From an uncultured candidate division Zixibacteria bacterium (GTDB lineage Bacteria > Zixibacteria > MSB-5A5 > SM1-73), in the NCBI GenBank assembly GCA_903908285.1, contig CAIVRH010000029.1:102037-166036 (forward strand): a DNA stretch of 64,000 nt, read 5' to 3'. Made by a program: the position numbers and the translations under genes. The first letter of the stretch is position 1. Each line of letters starts with the position of its first letter. The notes under the pieces were generated by a model, which did not search any database, had not been told where the DNA came from, and was given only the letters and a program-made list of their open reading frames with translations. Below are positions 27,341 through 38,588 of the stretch, piece by piece.

Positions 27341-29860
27341 TTAATTTTCCGTCTCAGTCTCAGACTCAGTCCCAGTGTCGGTCTGGTTTTCAATCCCGGT
27401 ATCAGCTCTGTCCTGATCCTTACCATTCCCTTCCTCGCTCTTCGCTACCCGGGCTACATCCACCACCTTATCGCCGGAATCCAAGTTAATCAACTTCACC
27501 CCCTGGGTGGCTCGACCGATCACCTTGATCTGGGTAACCGGCTGGCGGATGATGATTCCCTTTTGGGTTATCAGCATCAGCTCGTCGTCGGTCACCACTT
27601 CTTTTATAGTGATGACTTTCCCGTTTCTCTCCGTGGCCTTGATGTTGATGATCCCCTTGCCGCCCCGGTTGGTCACCCGGTAATCGGATATGGCGGTTCT
27701 CTTGCCGAAACCATTTTCCGTCACCGAAAGGAGAGTAGTATCCCGTTTCACCACCACCATTCCTATCACCCGGTCTTTCTTCTTCAAAGTGATCCCTTTC
27801 ACCCCGTAAGCCGTTCTTCCCATATCCCGAACCTTACCCTCGGGGAATCTGATGGCCTGCCCTTCTCTGGTACCCAGGATTATATCGCAAGTTCCGTCGG
27901 TGAGCCAAACTTCGATTAGATTATCATCCTCCGGGACGTTCATAGCGTTGATTCCGCCTTTTCGCGGATTGCTGAAGGCAGACAAGAGAGTTTTTTTGAT
28001 GATCCCGTTTTGGGTTGCCATCACCACAAAGTGTTTGTCATCGAATTCCCTCACCGGCACAAAAGCCGCCACCTTCTCTTCTCCAACTAATTCCAGCATA
28101 TTGATGATAGGTTTACCCTTGGCTAATCTGCCGCCCACGGGAATCTCGTGCACCTTGAGCCAGTGGCACCTGCCTTTGGGGGTGAAGAACAGGATATAGT
28201 TATGAGTGGAGGCGATGAATAGATGCTCGACGAAATCCTCATCTTTGGTCTCGATCCCGATCACCCCTCTACCGCCCCGACCCTGTCTGCGGTATGAAGT
28301 AACGCTCAGTCTCTTGATATATCCGGTATGGGTGATGGTGATCACCATGTCCTCTTCGGCAATCAAATCCTCGACCGTAAACTCCTCTTCTTCCTCCGCT
28401 CTGATCTCGGTCCTCCGCTCGTCTCCGTACTTTTTCTTAATTTCCAGCAGTTCCTCTTTGATTATGTTCATTCGCAAGACCTTGCTGGCCAAAATTCCTT
28501 TCAGCTTCTCGATCAGCTGGATCACTTCCAGATATTCCTGCTCGACCTTTTCTCTTTCCAGACCGGTGAGCCTCTGCAAGCGCATATCCAGAATTGCCTG
28601 AGCTTGGATCTCGGAGAGCTTGAACTTCTCCATCAAGCCTTTCCTGGCTTCATCCGGGTTCTTGGATGAGCGGATCAGCTTGATCACCGCATCTATATTA
28701 TCCAATGCAATCTTCAAACCTTCCAGTATATGGGCTCTTTGCTCCGCTTTTTTCAGCTCAAACTGGGTTCTTTTGGTGACCACATCGTGCCGGTGTTCGA
28801 CAAAGAACGCGAGCATCTCTTTAAGCGTCAGCACCTTGGGGGCGCCGTCCACCAAAGCCAGCATGATCACCCCAAAGGTGGTCTGCATCTGGGTGTGTTT
28901 GAACAACTGATTTAAGGCTACCTCCGCCTGAGCATCCCTTTTCAGCTCCACCACAATCCTCATTCCATCCCGGTCCGATTCGTCTCTTAAATCCGAGATA
29001 CCCTCAATTAACTTATCCCGCACCAGATCCACTATCCTTTCCAACAGATTGGTTTTGTTGATCTGATACGGTATCTCGGTGATCACGATGCTTTCCTTGC
29101 CGCTTTTCTGTCTTTCGATACTGGCTTTCGCCCGGATGATCACCCGTCCCCGTCCGGTTTTGTATGCTTCCACTATCCCGTGTTTTCCCTGAATGATCCC
29201 GCCGGTGGGAAAATCCGGACCATGGATATGACCTAAAAGCTCATCCTCCCCCAATTCCGGATCGGCAATCAGAGCCATCAGTGCATCCACCACTTCGTTC
29301 AAGTTATGCGGGGGAATATTGGTCGCCATTCCCACTGCAATGCCGGAAGCGCCGTTGCAAATCAGATTGGGGAACTTGCTGGGCAGAACTACCGGTTCCT
29401 GCCGAGTGTCATCATAATTGGGGATAAATTTGACCGTCTCTTTATCCAAATCCTCCAGCATCTCCATGGCTACATGAGACAGTCTGGCTTCGGTGTATCT
29501 CATCGCTGCCGGAGCATCGCCGTCGACCGAGCCGAAGTTTCCCTGACCATCGACCAGCATATAGCGCATGTTGAAGTCTTGTCCCATCCGCACCAGGGTG
29601 GGGTAGACCACCTGCTCGCCGTGGGGATGATAATTTCCCGAGGTGTCGCCGGCGATCTTGGCGCACTTACGGTGCGGCCTTCCCGGGGACAGGTTCAGAT
29701 CGTTCATCGCCACCATAATCCGCCGGTTGGAGGGCTTCAAGCCATCGCGTACATCCGGCAAAGCTCTGGCGGTGATCACCGACATGGAGTAATCGATGTA
29801 GGAGGATTTCATCTCCTCTTCGATATATACCGGTACTATCTTTTCTCTTTCCATTGCCAT
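27341..29860 (-). CDS. gyrA: DNA gyrase subunit A
   Basis: [26 protein letters not shown] active site, GyrA-box QGRGGRG, CTD blades. Confidence 0.97.
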   Translation of the reverse strand: MAMEREKIVPVYIEEEMKSSYIDYSMSVITARALPDVRDGLKPSNRRIMVAMNDLNLSPGRPHRKCAKIAGDTSGNYHPHGEQVVYPTLVRMGQDFNMRYMLVDGQGNFGSVDGDAPAAMRYTEARLSHVAMEMLEDLDKETVKFIPNYDDTRQEPVVLPSKFPNLICNGASGIAVGMATNIPPHNLNEVVDALMALIADPELGEDELLGHIHGPDFPTGGIIQGKHGIVEAYKTGRGRVIIRAKASIERQKSGKESIVITEIPYQINKTNLLERIVDLVRDKLIEGISDLRDESDRDGMRIVVELKRDAQAEVALNQLFKHTQMQTTFGVIMLALVDGAPKVLTLKEMLAFFVEHRHDVVTKRTQFELKKAEQRAHILEGLKIALDNIDAVIKLIRSSKNPDEARKGLMEKFKLSEIQAQAILDMRLQRLTGLEREKVEQEYLEVIQLIEKLKGILASKVLRMNIIKEELLEIKKKYGDERRTEIRAEEEEEFTVEDLIAEEDMVITITHTGYIKRLSVTSYRRQGRGGRGVIGIETKDEDFVEHLFIASTHNYILFFTPKGRCHWLKVHEIPVGGRLAKGKPIINMLELVGEEKVAAFVPVREFDDKHFVVMATQNGIIKKTLLSAFSNPRKGGINAMNVPEDDNLIEVWLTDGTCDIILGTREGQAIRFPEGKVRDMGRTAYGVKGITLKKKDRVIGMVVVKRDTTLLSVTENGFGKRTAISDYRVTNRGGKGIINIKATERNGKVITIKEVVTDDELMLITQKGIIIRQPVTQIKVIGRATQGVKLINLDSGDKVVDVARVAKSEEGNGKDQDRADTGIENQTDTGTESETETEN

Positions 29861-29918
29861 GATATTATTTCCTTGTTTGTGCTATAGTGTCATGCTGAGC
29901 GTAGCGAAGCATCTGTCT

Positions 29919-29966
29919 TTCAATTCAAAATTTAATAAGAAAAGTGCAAAATTACAATTCAAAAAT
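29919..29966. repeat. direct repeat flanking the tail-fibre gene (partner 32081-32128)
   Basis: TTCAATTCAAAATTTAATAAGAAAAGTGCAAAATTACAATTCAAAAAT identical at both sites. Confidence 0.8.
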
Positions 29967-30227
29967 AAAAATTGTTTGCATTTGCAGATCAAGCTCCCGT
30001 AAAGTACCTGATAATTCATATTTTTTCCAATAACTCAATCTTGAATTTTAAACTGCAATTTTACATTTTGCTTTTTGAATTTTTAACATACCCCCTCATC
30101 CTATATCCTTCTCCCCAATGGGGAGAAGGAAATTCCAACCTCTCCCCCTTAGTCCCCCCTATCTACAAATATGGAGAGGAGAAAACAGGGGAAGGTTAAA
30201 ATAATCCAAAAGGTTTTAAATCATATT

Positions 30228-31862
30228 CTATTTCCGCAGCTGGGCTACCTCCTTCTCCAATGCCGATATCCTTTCCTGTTGATCTTTCACGATCTTCAAA
30301 AGATAAATCGCCACCTTATCGTATTTCACTGCATCCGGCTTGCCTTCACCGTCATGAATCACCAGATCCGGAAGCGCCTGCTCCACCTCTTCTGCGATGA
30401 GGCCAATATCTTCCTCTCCGGTGGTCTTCCAGGTAAATCCCACGGGATTCAAAAGTAGAACTTTCTCCGGATCAATCTCAAGCTCTTTTATCTTCTCTTT
30501 ATATCTTCTGCTCGAATTCTGCTTCCACAGTTTCCCGTTAGCATCCACTAAAACAGCGGCCCCGCCTCCGGTGGGGATCCCTCTCAATCTCGCTGTCCCG
30601 TTAACATCCAGTTTCTCGGTGGGACCGGTTATTCCGATGCCCACGTTGCGACCGGAGGCTTGCATGACGGTGTTGCCTGTTCCAGATTGGATGAAAAGAT
30701 CTCCGTTGTTGGCTTCCAGGTCTATGGCAGCACCATCCGTTCTTAGCATGATCTCTTTTGCCCCGGCCGAGGTTGAAGCTCGCAGACGGATGCGGTTGCC
30801 CACCACGTCCGTCTTGTAGGCAGGAGCGGAGGTGCCGATTCCGACATAGCCACTGTTAGTTATTTCCAATGCTCCTCCCAGGGTTAATAGATGAATGGAA
30901 CCGTTAGGCCGGTTGTTGAAAATACGCATATGATCCGGATAGCTGATGGCTCCTTCATCGTATAGAACCATTCCCGCCAGAGTCCCGTTTTCGTTCTCAA
31001 AGTAGATCCCTTCACTTGAGGATGACCCCGCGTCCAGATTCGTAATTTGTATACCCACTAAATCGTTTTTATCATCCGAGATATGCAGCATTTGTGAAGG
31101 TGACAGCGTACCAATGCCCACATAGCCATTGCTCTCGACTTTCATAAATCCTTCGGCGGCTCCTAAAAAAATGCTACCATTGGTCCTGTTATTCCAAACG
31201 CTCAGTTGATTGGGAAAATAGGAACTTCTCTCATTATTTACATGGATCCCTGCTAGCAACCCCCCTTCAGCCCCGAAGTAGATCCCTTCTTGGGATAAAA
31301 CGCCTGTGTCGGGATTTTCAATGACTATGCCGGCAAAGCCGTTTTTTTTGTCATAAATGTGCAGCTTCACGTGTGAAGAATCTATCCCAATTCCCACATT
31401 ATCGGTACTGGTGGTCAGCCTTATGTCCTCCCCATTATCGGTCCAACCACCGCCAGTAGGGGCAATTGGAGCTATCCTCGCGCTGTCTGCCACCCAGGCA
31501 CGATAAGCATAGCCTGTGCTGGTGATCCTCATGCGGGGCATGGTTTCGGCACCCAATCCGACCTCCAGCCAGTAAGATTGATCGAATGCCAGATTCAAAG
31601 CGCTTACCTTGCCTAAAGCTATATTAAACAAACCGTTCTGAACTTGAACTCCGTTTTGAGTTTCACTCCATTTGAGAGTTCCCCCTGTCGTATCATCGTA
31701 TATTTTGAAGGTCAAATTGTAAGAACCACTCAGGGGAGTACCGGCATCATCCGTAAGCATCCCCTGATAGTTAATCAGCTTAGGAATTTCAGCCAGACTG
31801 ATACCAAAAAACGCAAATGAGATGATTAAACCGGAAAGAATAATATAACGAATCATTACCAA
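30228..31862 (-). CDS. secreted tail-fibre-like protein with C-terminal S74 intramolecular chaperone
   Basis: Signal peptide; INYQG.LTD..G.P; repeated GxVGIGT..P units; SSRRYKE.I...IGLIAEEV..Y plus coiled coil. Confidence 0.85.
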   Translation of the reverse strand: MVMIRYIILSGLIISFAFFGISLAEIPKLINYQGMLTDDAGTPLSGSYNLTFKIYDDTTGGTLKWSETQNGVQVQNGLFNIALGKVSALNLAFDQSYWLEVGLGAETMPRMRITSTGYAYRAWVADSARIAPIAPTGGGWTDNGEDIRLTTSTDNVGIGIDSSHVKLHIYDKKNGFAGIVIENPDTGVLSQEGIYFGAEGGLLAGIHVNNERSSYFPNQLSVWNNRTNGSIFLGAAEGFMKVESNGYVGIGTLSPSQMLHISDDKNDLVGIQITNLDAGSSSSEGIYFENENGTLAGMVLYDEGAISYPDHMRIFNNRPNGSIHLLTLGGALEITNSGYVGIGTSAPAYKTDVVGNRIRLRASTSAGAKEIMLRTDGAAIDLEANNGDLFIQSGTGNTVMQASGRNVGIGITGPTEKLDVNGTARLRGIPTGGGAAVLVDANGKLWKQNSSRRYKEKIKELEIDPEKVLLLNPVGFTWKTTGEEDIGLIAEEVEQALPDLVIHDGEGKPDAVKYDKVAIYLLKIVKDQQERISALEKEVAQLRK

Positions 31863-32231
31863 CCTCCTTTGGTGGATTTATTTATCGGATAATGTTTTAC
31901 CTCAAGTAGAAAGATCAAGAATCATACAATGGCCTATTGAAGGTTTGAGCCATATAGTTTTAAAAGGGCCGGGTAACTCTCCTATAAGCGGGGAGATCGT
32001 AATCCAATCCACGGTCTAATGTGACGAGATGGGCATAACCTCGTACCATCTGGTGCAGGGCGTAACGATGCATCCTGTTCTTCAATTCAAAATTTAATAA
32101 GAAAAGTGCAAAATTACAATTCAAAAATCAAAATATTCTGGTAGGAGGGGAAATTCAAACCTCTCCCCCTTAGTCCCCCCTACGGGCGTCTGCCTCTCCG
32201 TTTTACGGAGAGGGGGAGATAGGGGGTGAGG

Positions 32232-33503
32232 TCAGAAAAGTCCCAACTGTTTCGTCTCCGCCTTCTCCTTTTCCGCGAATATCTGAATTTTCCCGTAAAC
32301 CCCGTCATAGCCGGGGATAATTTTCAAATCTCCTTCTCTCACTCTCTTGATTCCTTCAAGTATCTTGGGTGGGGTGTTCTTTTCTAATTCCGGTAAAGGA
32401 AGATCGAACAGTATTCGAAACTCGGAGCCGAAGATGGAAACCAGCCGCAGATACTCGTTATCCACCCCTTTGGTCTCCGTCCCCAAGTTCAATGCTTCCG
32501 CAATTATCTCCATCAGAGGGATCATGTTTTTATACGGAATTGCGCCAGGGGGAGTAAATCCGGATGGCCGATCTGCCAAGCATTCGACCCGGTTCATCAC
32601 TCCGATGGTTAATTTCCTCCCGCAAACCGGGCAGATATTTTTATTCTTTCTCGATTCCGCGGGCGCAAAGAGAATATCACAGCTCCGGTGACCGTCGTAA
32701 TGATATTTCCCCTCCTCCGGGAAGAATTCGATGGTGGAGAGAAATTTGGTCTTATCTTTGGTTCGGATGGCTTGGATGATCTCCTTAAAGTCTAATTCAC
32801 AGTCGAATACATTCGCTTCTCGGCCGATACGGCTGGGAGAATGGGCATCCGAGTTGGAGATCAAGGCAATCTTGTCTAACTTGGACCAGCGCCAGTTCAT
32901 CTGCGGGTCGGAGGATAGGCCGGTTTCGATACAGGAGATGTGTTTGGTCTGCTCCTCGTAGCACTCTTCGATGGAATCGAAGCCGGAATTGGCACCGAAT
33001 ACCGAGAACCACGGGGTCCAGGCATGAGCGGGTACGATGAAACATTCATTCGATATGTCGGTGATGATCTCCACCAATTCCTTGGCGGGAAATCCGAAGA
33101 TCGGCCGACCATCCGAGCCTAATTTCCCAAATTGACGGAGCTCCTCATTTATCTTTTCCACGATCTCAAAGGTGGGGGCAAAGATCATGGTGTGAATTCG
33201 TCTGGAACCGCCCCCCTGCTGAAACATGTTGCTCACCTCGGTGGTGAGCATGAAATGAATTTCGTTTTGCTGACCGTTTCCGACCGACTTTTTATACTCT
33301 TTCTTTAAAGTGAAAAGACCATTCCCGGTTGGCTGTAATTTCTGTCTCAACTCGGTAAAATAAAAAGGATGGGTGAAATCTCCGGTACCCAGCAAGCCCA
33401 CCCCTTTGAGATTAGCCCAGCGAGCCATATTCTCCACATCCATATCCTTGGAGGTGGCTCGGCTGTATTTGGAATGCACGTGAAAATCGGCAATGAATTT
33501 CAT
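32232..33503 (-). CDS. endonuclease Q family (PHP-domain) protein
   Basis: ADFHVHSKYSRAT, GTGDFTHP, PAHAWTP, ETGLSSD, SNSDAHS, GKYH.DGHR.C, CPVCG, PGYDGVYG. Confidence 0.9.
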   Translation of the reverse strand: MKFIADFHVHSKYSRATSKDMDVENMARWANLKGVGLLGTGDFTHPFYFTELRQKLQPTGNGLFTLKKEYKKSVGNGQQNEIHFMLTTEVSNMFQQGGGSRRIHTMIFAPTFEIVEKINEELRQFGKLGSDGRPIFGFPAKELVEIITDISNECFIVPAHAWTPWFSVFGANSGFDSIEECYEEQTKHISCIETGLSSDPQMNWRWSKLDKIALISNSDAHSPSRIGREANVFDCELDFKEIIQAIRTKDKTKFLSTIEFFPEEGKYHYDGHRSCDILFAPAESRKNKNICPVCGRKLTIGVMNRVECLADRPSGFTPPGAIPYKNMIPLMEIIAEALNLGTETKGVDNEYLRLVSIFGSEFRILFDLPLPELEKNTPPKILEGIKRVREGDLKIIPGYDGVYGKIQIFAEKEKAETKQLGLF

Positions 33504-33540
33504 TTTTTATCCTCTATTAACACGATGTCAGATAAATAAT

Positions 33541-35265
33541 TCAATAGTTTTTCCAAGCTTCCTTAATTTTCCAGGATTTGTCGGTTTTAATCTCTTTGAC
33601 CCAAATTTCTGATACCTCATAAGGTTGCATGTCAAATTTGCTCTCCGTTACATAGACCTCATACTTTTTACTTTTCGAGACCGGGATTGTCTTAAAAGGT
33701 GTAGTTTGCTCTTTGACTTCCAATTTATCAATTGCTATCTTACAGTATTTATCTCCACTCTGGATAATGATCTCATTATCGCTCAACCAACCAGGTTTTC
33801 GCCCATTAGCCACGGTTATACGGGCAAGGTTCTGTCCCTTTTTATCTATAGTGTAAAGTGAATTTTTGTTCTCAAATAAAAGCTTTTCATTGTTTGCCAA
33901 CCATTGAGGTTTAGTTCCTCCGGAAGTAGTTAAAGGATAACTCCTAAAGGCAGTTGTGTTCAATATCCATATGTTACTTTTGGTTTCGTAAGCAAGTAAT
34001 AAACCATCAGATGAAAAAGCCAAATTCCGTAATGATTCTATCTCGAGCAGTACAGTTTTGAAGGAATTGTTCTTAAGATTAACCACATTCAAATTACCGA
34101 AAGTTTTATCAATCTTTCCATCCTGGTTAGTATCCTTTTGATATTGAGAGACAAAGAAAATATCCTCCTGATTCGGACTCCAAACCATTTCTGATATGGT
34201 CATTGAATCGTAATGAACCGGGATAAAAGAAGAGTCTGCCAGGACATAAAGCCATATCGCACATTTGTCCTTGATTAAAATTCTGTTTCCATCCTGCGAC
34301 CAAATGAATCGAAGACCGGAAATCGGACCATCCAGCAGAATATACTGCATCTGTTTCACCAATTCAGTGTCACCATGCCAGACTGCTTCATTTAAAACCT
34401 TGGCAGCCCAATCCGGAAGCTCTACCCATCTGGCGAATATTGTCTTGAATATGGATCCAATAAAACGAAACTTGAAGTAAGAATCCGCCTGATATAGAAC
34501 TTTGTCCCCGCCGGGACTTATTATGGGTTCACTGCAGGATGTATCCGGATAACCAGAAAGTACAACAAATGTTCTTTCATCACTCAGGTCTATACAGTTT
34601 ACATCACCGCCTTGGTCAAAAAAGATCTCGTTTGAATTCGGGTGCCATGCCAGTGCACAGGGAAGTAAATCCACTTTAAGAATGGTTTCTTCGAAGGTCG
34701 CTGCATCAATGATCGAAGAAATTCGTTTCCCATCGAAGCCTAACGCTCGGATGAAAAGAAACTTTTTGCTATCGGGAGCCCAGGAAACCATAATGATCGG
34801 ATTATTTCTGTCGTCAAAACCGCCGGAAGGAAAACGGTTAAAGATTTCTTTTGGCAGGGTTTTGTTTACCAAATCAAGAAGATATAGTCCATAATGGGTT
34901 TGAATCAATATTTTGGATTTATCCGGAGAGAGCCAGGAGTTCTCAATATCAAAGGATAATGGTCTCAATTCTTTGGTGTTTATGTCCACGAGAAAGATGT
35001 CACTGTCTTTTAAAGAATCTCCGTATTCCGGCTCCTCAACATTGTAGCAAGATTCAAAAACCACCTTCGTCTCATTTGGGTCCAAAACTGGTCTTTTGTA
35101 AGTTGCCCATTCAGCCATCCAAGCCCTTGATGATGTATTAACCACAGTAATCAAAAGGAATACTAAAACCATCAACCTTATGAGTCTTTTTACAATCCTT
35201 TTTTCCGTCGTGCAGGTGGCCCGGCTGTATTTGGAATGCACGTGAAAATCGGCTATGAATTTCAT
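33541..35265 (-). CDS. TolB/PD40-like beta-propeller protein with an in-frame N-terminal remnant of endonuclease Q
   Basis: WSPD/SPDK repeats; first 17 aa identical to the endoQ start; a hydrophobic signal segment follows. Confidence 0.75.
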   Translation of the reverse strand: MKFIADFHVHSKYSRATCTTEKRIVKRLIRLMVLVFLLITVVNTSSRAWMAEWATYKRPVLDPNETKVVFESCYNVEEPEYGDSLKDSDIFLVDINTKELRPLSFDIENSWLSPDKSKILIQTHYGLYLLDLVNKTLPKEIFNRFPSGGFDDRNNPIIMVSWAPDSKKFLFIRALGFDGKRISSIIDAATFEETILKVDLLPCALAWHPNSNEIFFDQGGDVNCIDLSDERTFVVLSGYPDTSCSEPIISPGGDKVLYQADSYFKFRFIGSIFKTIFARWVELPDWAAKVLNEAVWHGDTELVKQMQYILLDGPISGLRFIWSQDGNRILIKDKCAIWLYVLADSSFIPVHYDSMTISEMVWSPNQEDIFFVSQYQKDTNQDGKIDKTFGNLNVVNLKNNSFKTVLLEIESLRNLAFSSDGLLLAYETKSNIWILNTTAFRSYPLTTSGGTKPQWLANNEKLLFENKNSLYTIDKKGQNLARITVANGRKPGWLSDNEIIIQSGDKYCKIAIDKLEVKEQTTPFKTIPVSKSKKYEVYVTESKFDMQPYEVSEIWVKEIKTDKSWKIKEAWKNY

Positions 35266-35300
35266 TTTATCCTATTTGATTATGAATGTAGTTTGAAGAA

Positions 35301-37016
35301 TCACCAGTTCTTGATGGCTTCTGCTATTTTCCAGGATTTTGAAGTTGCAATTTCCTTCACCCAAATTTCGTTTACTTTTATGGGAGAAAATCCAGATGTG
35401 AATTCTTTTATATAAACCTCATACTTTTCTCCTTTTACTCTTGGGGCTTTTTTAGGAGGAACATTCATTTCGGTTACTCCCAGTTTATCCAAGTTGACCT
35501 TCCAGTATTTCCCCTCGTTTTTTACTGAAATTTCATTATTACTCAGCCAGACTGGTTGCATTGCTTTATCCATAGTCAAACGCATAAGATTCTTACCATC
35601 AACATCAATAGTATAAAGGGAACCTTTTTCCCCGGAATCATAAACCCTTCCTCCATTCTTGAACATGATCTTTTTGTCATTTTTCAGCCATTGCGCATTT
35701 TTTCCACCAAATGGAGTCAATTTACTGGTAATTAGGGTTTCTAGGTTTAGCAACCAGATATTTTCATCCTTTTCAAAAGCCAAAAATTTACCATCAGAAG
35801 AGAAACTGAGAAAATTAATAAGATTTGTCTGTTGTACAAGAACTCTCGGTTTACCCTCCTTTAGGTCCAAGACGTTCAAATTGGTGAAACCTTCAGGCAA
35901 CCAGTCGAATACACCATTACCATTGCGATCATGCCATTCAACAGTCGACAAAAATATTCTCTCAAGTCTCGGATCAAACACAACATCCGCAATGACAGTG
36001 GCAGTATCTCTCCAGAGGGGAGTGAATTTGTCCGCTGTAAGATCATAAATCCAGATTTGATCCTTACCTTTAATTAAGACCCGTTGACCATCCGGAGACC
36101 ACAAAACCTGTATTTTTGCAAAGAAAAAGGGGCGTCCAAAATCTCTTTGAAGCATAACACAATCCATTCGTTTTAAAACATCTTCTCCCCCTTGAGACCA
36201 AAGCAGTTTATTCAATTCTTCATAAGCCCAATCAGGAAGGTCAACCTCTCTGCAGACGATTTTCCGGTTATGTCGACCGGGAGAATGATCCAAGTTTTGG
36301 ATCTTGAAATAATCCATGTATTTATATAACATTTTTTGATTATCCGGACTGATATTAAAAAAATCAAATCTTTCGTCCGGGTTTCCTGAAGCCATAAGAT
36401 CTCTCCTCATTGTCGCTATATCCCAGAAATAGATCTCCGGATATGGTTCAGGCATCAAATAAAGAAAAGCGCTCCCATCCGAAAGCCACTGAAAGGGTAA
36501 ATCGACCAGCACAAAATCTGAGTCTAAAGCCGTCTCTTCAAAGGTCTTGACATTGACGAGCGATGCTTTGGCTTTTCCGGTTGAATCGGACCGGGTTGTC
36601 AAAAGGAACTCCTTACCGGTTGGAGACCAGGAGAATTGTTCGATCTGGCTACCTTCTGCAATTTGTTTTACTTTAGCACCGGTTTCCAAATCCACCAAGA
36701 ACAGCCCGCCAGGCATGGGACATAAGAGTAAGGATTTGTCAGGAGATAGATTCTGTAAACTCGAGGTAGATGTGGTTACACTTTCCAGGTTTTTTCCATC
36801 GATATCAACTATGTAAATATCGTTACCCTGCACGGAGTCATCACAGCCTTCACCTTCGAAAAAATTACATCGTTCAAAAACGACTTTGGATTCATCCGGT
36901 GAAAGATCTAAGTTTTTATATATAGCCCATGAATTCTCAAATGCTCCCGCGATTTGACAGTAAAATAAACTGACTCCAAAAAAGATTAACAGGATCAGCC
37001 ATTTTATGTTTTTCAT
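35301..37016 (-). CDS. secreted TolB/PD40-like beta-propeller protein (paralog of 33541-35265)
   Basis: Signal peptide; SPD repeats; shared LPDWA and EIWVKEI.T.KSWKI motifs. Confidence 0.8.
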   Translation of the reverse strand: MKNIKWLILLIFFGVSLFYCQIAGAFENSWAIYKNLDLSPDESKVVFERCNFFEGEGCDDSVQGNDIYIVDIDGKNLESVTTSTSSLQNLSPDKSLLLCPMPGGLFLVDLETGAKVKQIAEGSQIEQFSWSPTGKEFLLTTRSDSTGKAKASLVNVKTFEETALDSDFVLVDLPFQWLSDGSAFLYLMPEPYPEIYFWDIATMRRDLMASGNPDERFDFFNISPDNQKMLYKYMDYFKIQNLDHSPGRHNRKIVCREVDLPDWAYEELNKLLWSQGGEDVLKRMDCVMLQRDFGRPFFFAKIQVLWSPDGQRVLIKGKDQIWIYDLTADKFTPLWRDTATVIADVVFDPRLERIFLSTVEWHDRNGNGVFDWLPEGFTNLNVLDLKEGKPRVLVQQTNLINFLSFSSDGKFLAFEKDENIWLLNLETLITSKLTPFGGKNAQWLKNDKKIMFKNGGRVYDSGEKGSLYTIDVDGKNLMRLTMDKAMQPVWLSNNEISVKNEGKYWKVNLDKLGVTEMNVPPKKAPRVKGEKYEVYIKEFTSGFSPIKVNEIWVKEIATSKSWKIAEAIKNW

Positions 37017-37056
37017 GAGTTTTCGTAATCTATATTTCGTTTTCTGCTTGATGATA

Positions 37057-37085
37057 AGTATAAATTATTCTCCACCTCTTGTCAA
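37057..37085 (-). promoter_or_regulatory. sigma70-type promoter
   Basis: TTGACA-17-TATACT on the minus strand. Confidence 0.6.
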
Positions 37086-37176
37086 CTTAAACTTGCTCTT
37101 TATTTGTATTGTATTTTCCCCATACCCCCGCAAACTAAAGTTTGCGGCTACAAAGCTCAATTCTCTTTGGGAATGG

Positions 37177-38457
37177 CTAAAAAGAACTCAAAAACTCCCC
37201 CACTGTGAAATGCGAGCCGGTAATGCAGATGATGTCATCGGGTTTGGCATTCTTGAGAGCAAAAAGGTAGGCTTGGTTGATATGTGTGATAATCTCGTAG
37301 GGGGTTTTGGATATTTTCAGAGTTTCTTCCAGTACTTCCGGTTCAGCCGATCTTTTGTAATCCGGTTTGGTGAGAACGATGAATTTAGCTTTAGGACATA
37401 TTTCATTTAACATGGAATGATAATCTTTGTCCTCCATCACACCGAATATGAAGATAATCTTTTTTTCGGGGAAAAACCTATCAAGGGCTTGAATCAAAGT
37501 CTGTATACCCACCGGATTGTGGGCAACATCCAAGAGGACTAGGGGTTCTTTCCGAAAGACTTCCAATCTTCCCCGCCAATTGACTTTTTTCAAACCATCT
37601 CTGATCGCCGGCTCGTCGATTTTCCAGCCCAATAATCTTAATTGGTGAATCGCATTCAAGCAGATGGAAGCATTAAGAACCTGATACTCACCTGTCAAGT
37701 TCAATTCCACCGCTTCGAATTGGTCAGTTTCGGATGAGAAATTGAATTTCGATCCAAAAATTGAGGATTTCAGAATGATGCAATTCGATTTTTCCTGTAC
37801 CACATATAGCTCTGAATCCCTGTCTTTGCAGATAGACTTTATCACCTTTAAAGCCTCCGACTGATCTACTCCGGTGATGGTGGGAATGCCGGTTTTGACA
37901 ATCCCGGCTTTTTCTCCTGCAATTTCAGGAATAGTATCCCCCAGATGCTCGGTATGCTCCAATCCGATGGTGGTAATGATTGACACCAAAGGAGTTATAA
38001 CATTGGTGGCATCCAGCCGGCCTCCGAGGCCAGTCTCAATGACTGCAATGTCTACATTCTTTTCCGCAAAATACCGGAAAGCCAAAGCAGTGGTCACCTC
38101 AAAAAAGGTATAACCGTTTTGGTCAATCTCATCTTTTAATTCCTGCACGAAATCGAAGATGAAGTCTTTTTCTACCGGTTCTTGTCCAACTCTGATTCTC
38201 TCTCGGAAATCCACCAGATGAGGGGAAGTATAAAGGGCGGTTCTGTATCCGGCTTCGCACAGTATGGAGTGAAGCATGGCAGCGACTGAGCCTTTTCCGT
38301 TGGTTCCGGCTATATGAATGGATGGGAATTTCAGATGAGGATTTCCCAGATGCTTCATCAGGGCATTGATATTCGATAGATCCAGCTTCATCCCGAAGCG
38401 CTCGAGATTGTAAAGATAGGAAAGCGCTTCGTCGCAGTCTTTGATATGCATATTCAT
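37177..38457 (-). CDS. folC: folylpolyglutamate synthase / dihydrofolate synthase
   Basis: HIAGTNGKGS, YTSPHL..FRERI, ETGLGGRLDATN, LDVAHNP, TGS. Confidence 0.95.
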   Translation of the reverse strand: MNMHIKDCDEALSYLYNLERFGMKLDLSNINALMKHLGNPHLKFPSIHIAGTNGKGSVAAMLHSILCEAGYRTALYTSPHLVDFRERIRVGQEPVEKDFIFDFVQELKDEIDQNGYTFFEVTTALAFRYFAEKNVDIAVIETGLGGRLDATNVITPLVSIITTIGLEHTEHLGDTIPEIAGEKAGIVKTGIPTITGVDQSEALKVIKSICKDRDSELYVVQEKSNCIILKSSIFGSKFNFSSETDQFEAVELNLTGEYQVLNASICLNAIHQLRLLGWKIDEPAIRDGLKKVNWRGRLEVFRKEPLVLLDVAHNPVGIQTLIQALDRFFPEKKIIFIFGVMEDKDYHSMLNEICPKAKFIVLTKPDYKRSAEPEVLEETLKISKTPYEIITHINQAYLFALKNAKPDDIICITGSHFTVGEFLSSF

Positions 38458-38588
38458 GGTTTAATAAGAAAATAATCTGTCCGCTGTCCATCGTCCGTCC
38501 AGACGGACGCCCGTCTGGGCGCCGTCCGCCGCAAAACATGGTTTCAAATACTTAAGCTGTGGACGGTGAATCGAATATCACCAGTGGA

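Noticed and set aside
30228..31862. Tail-fibre gene as evidence of a prophage
   Set aside because: It has a signal peptide and no neighbouring phage genes; it looks like a host surface protein.
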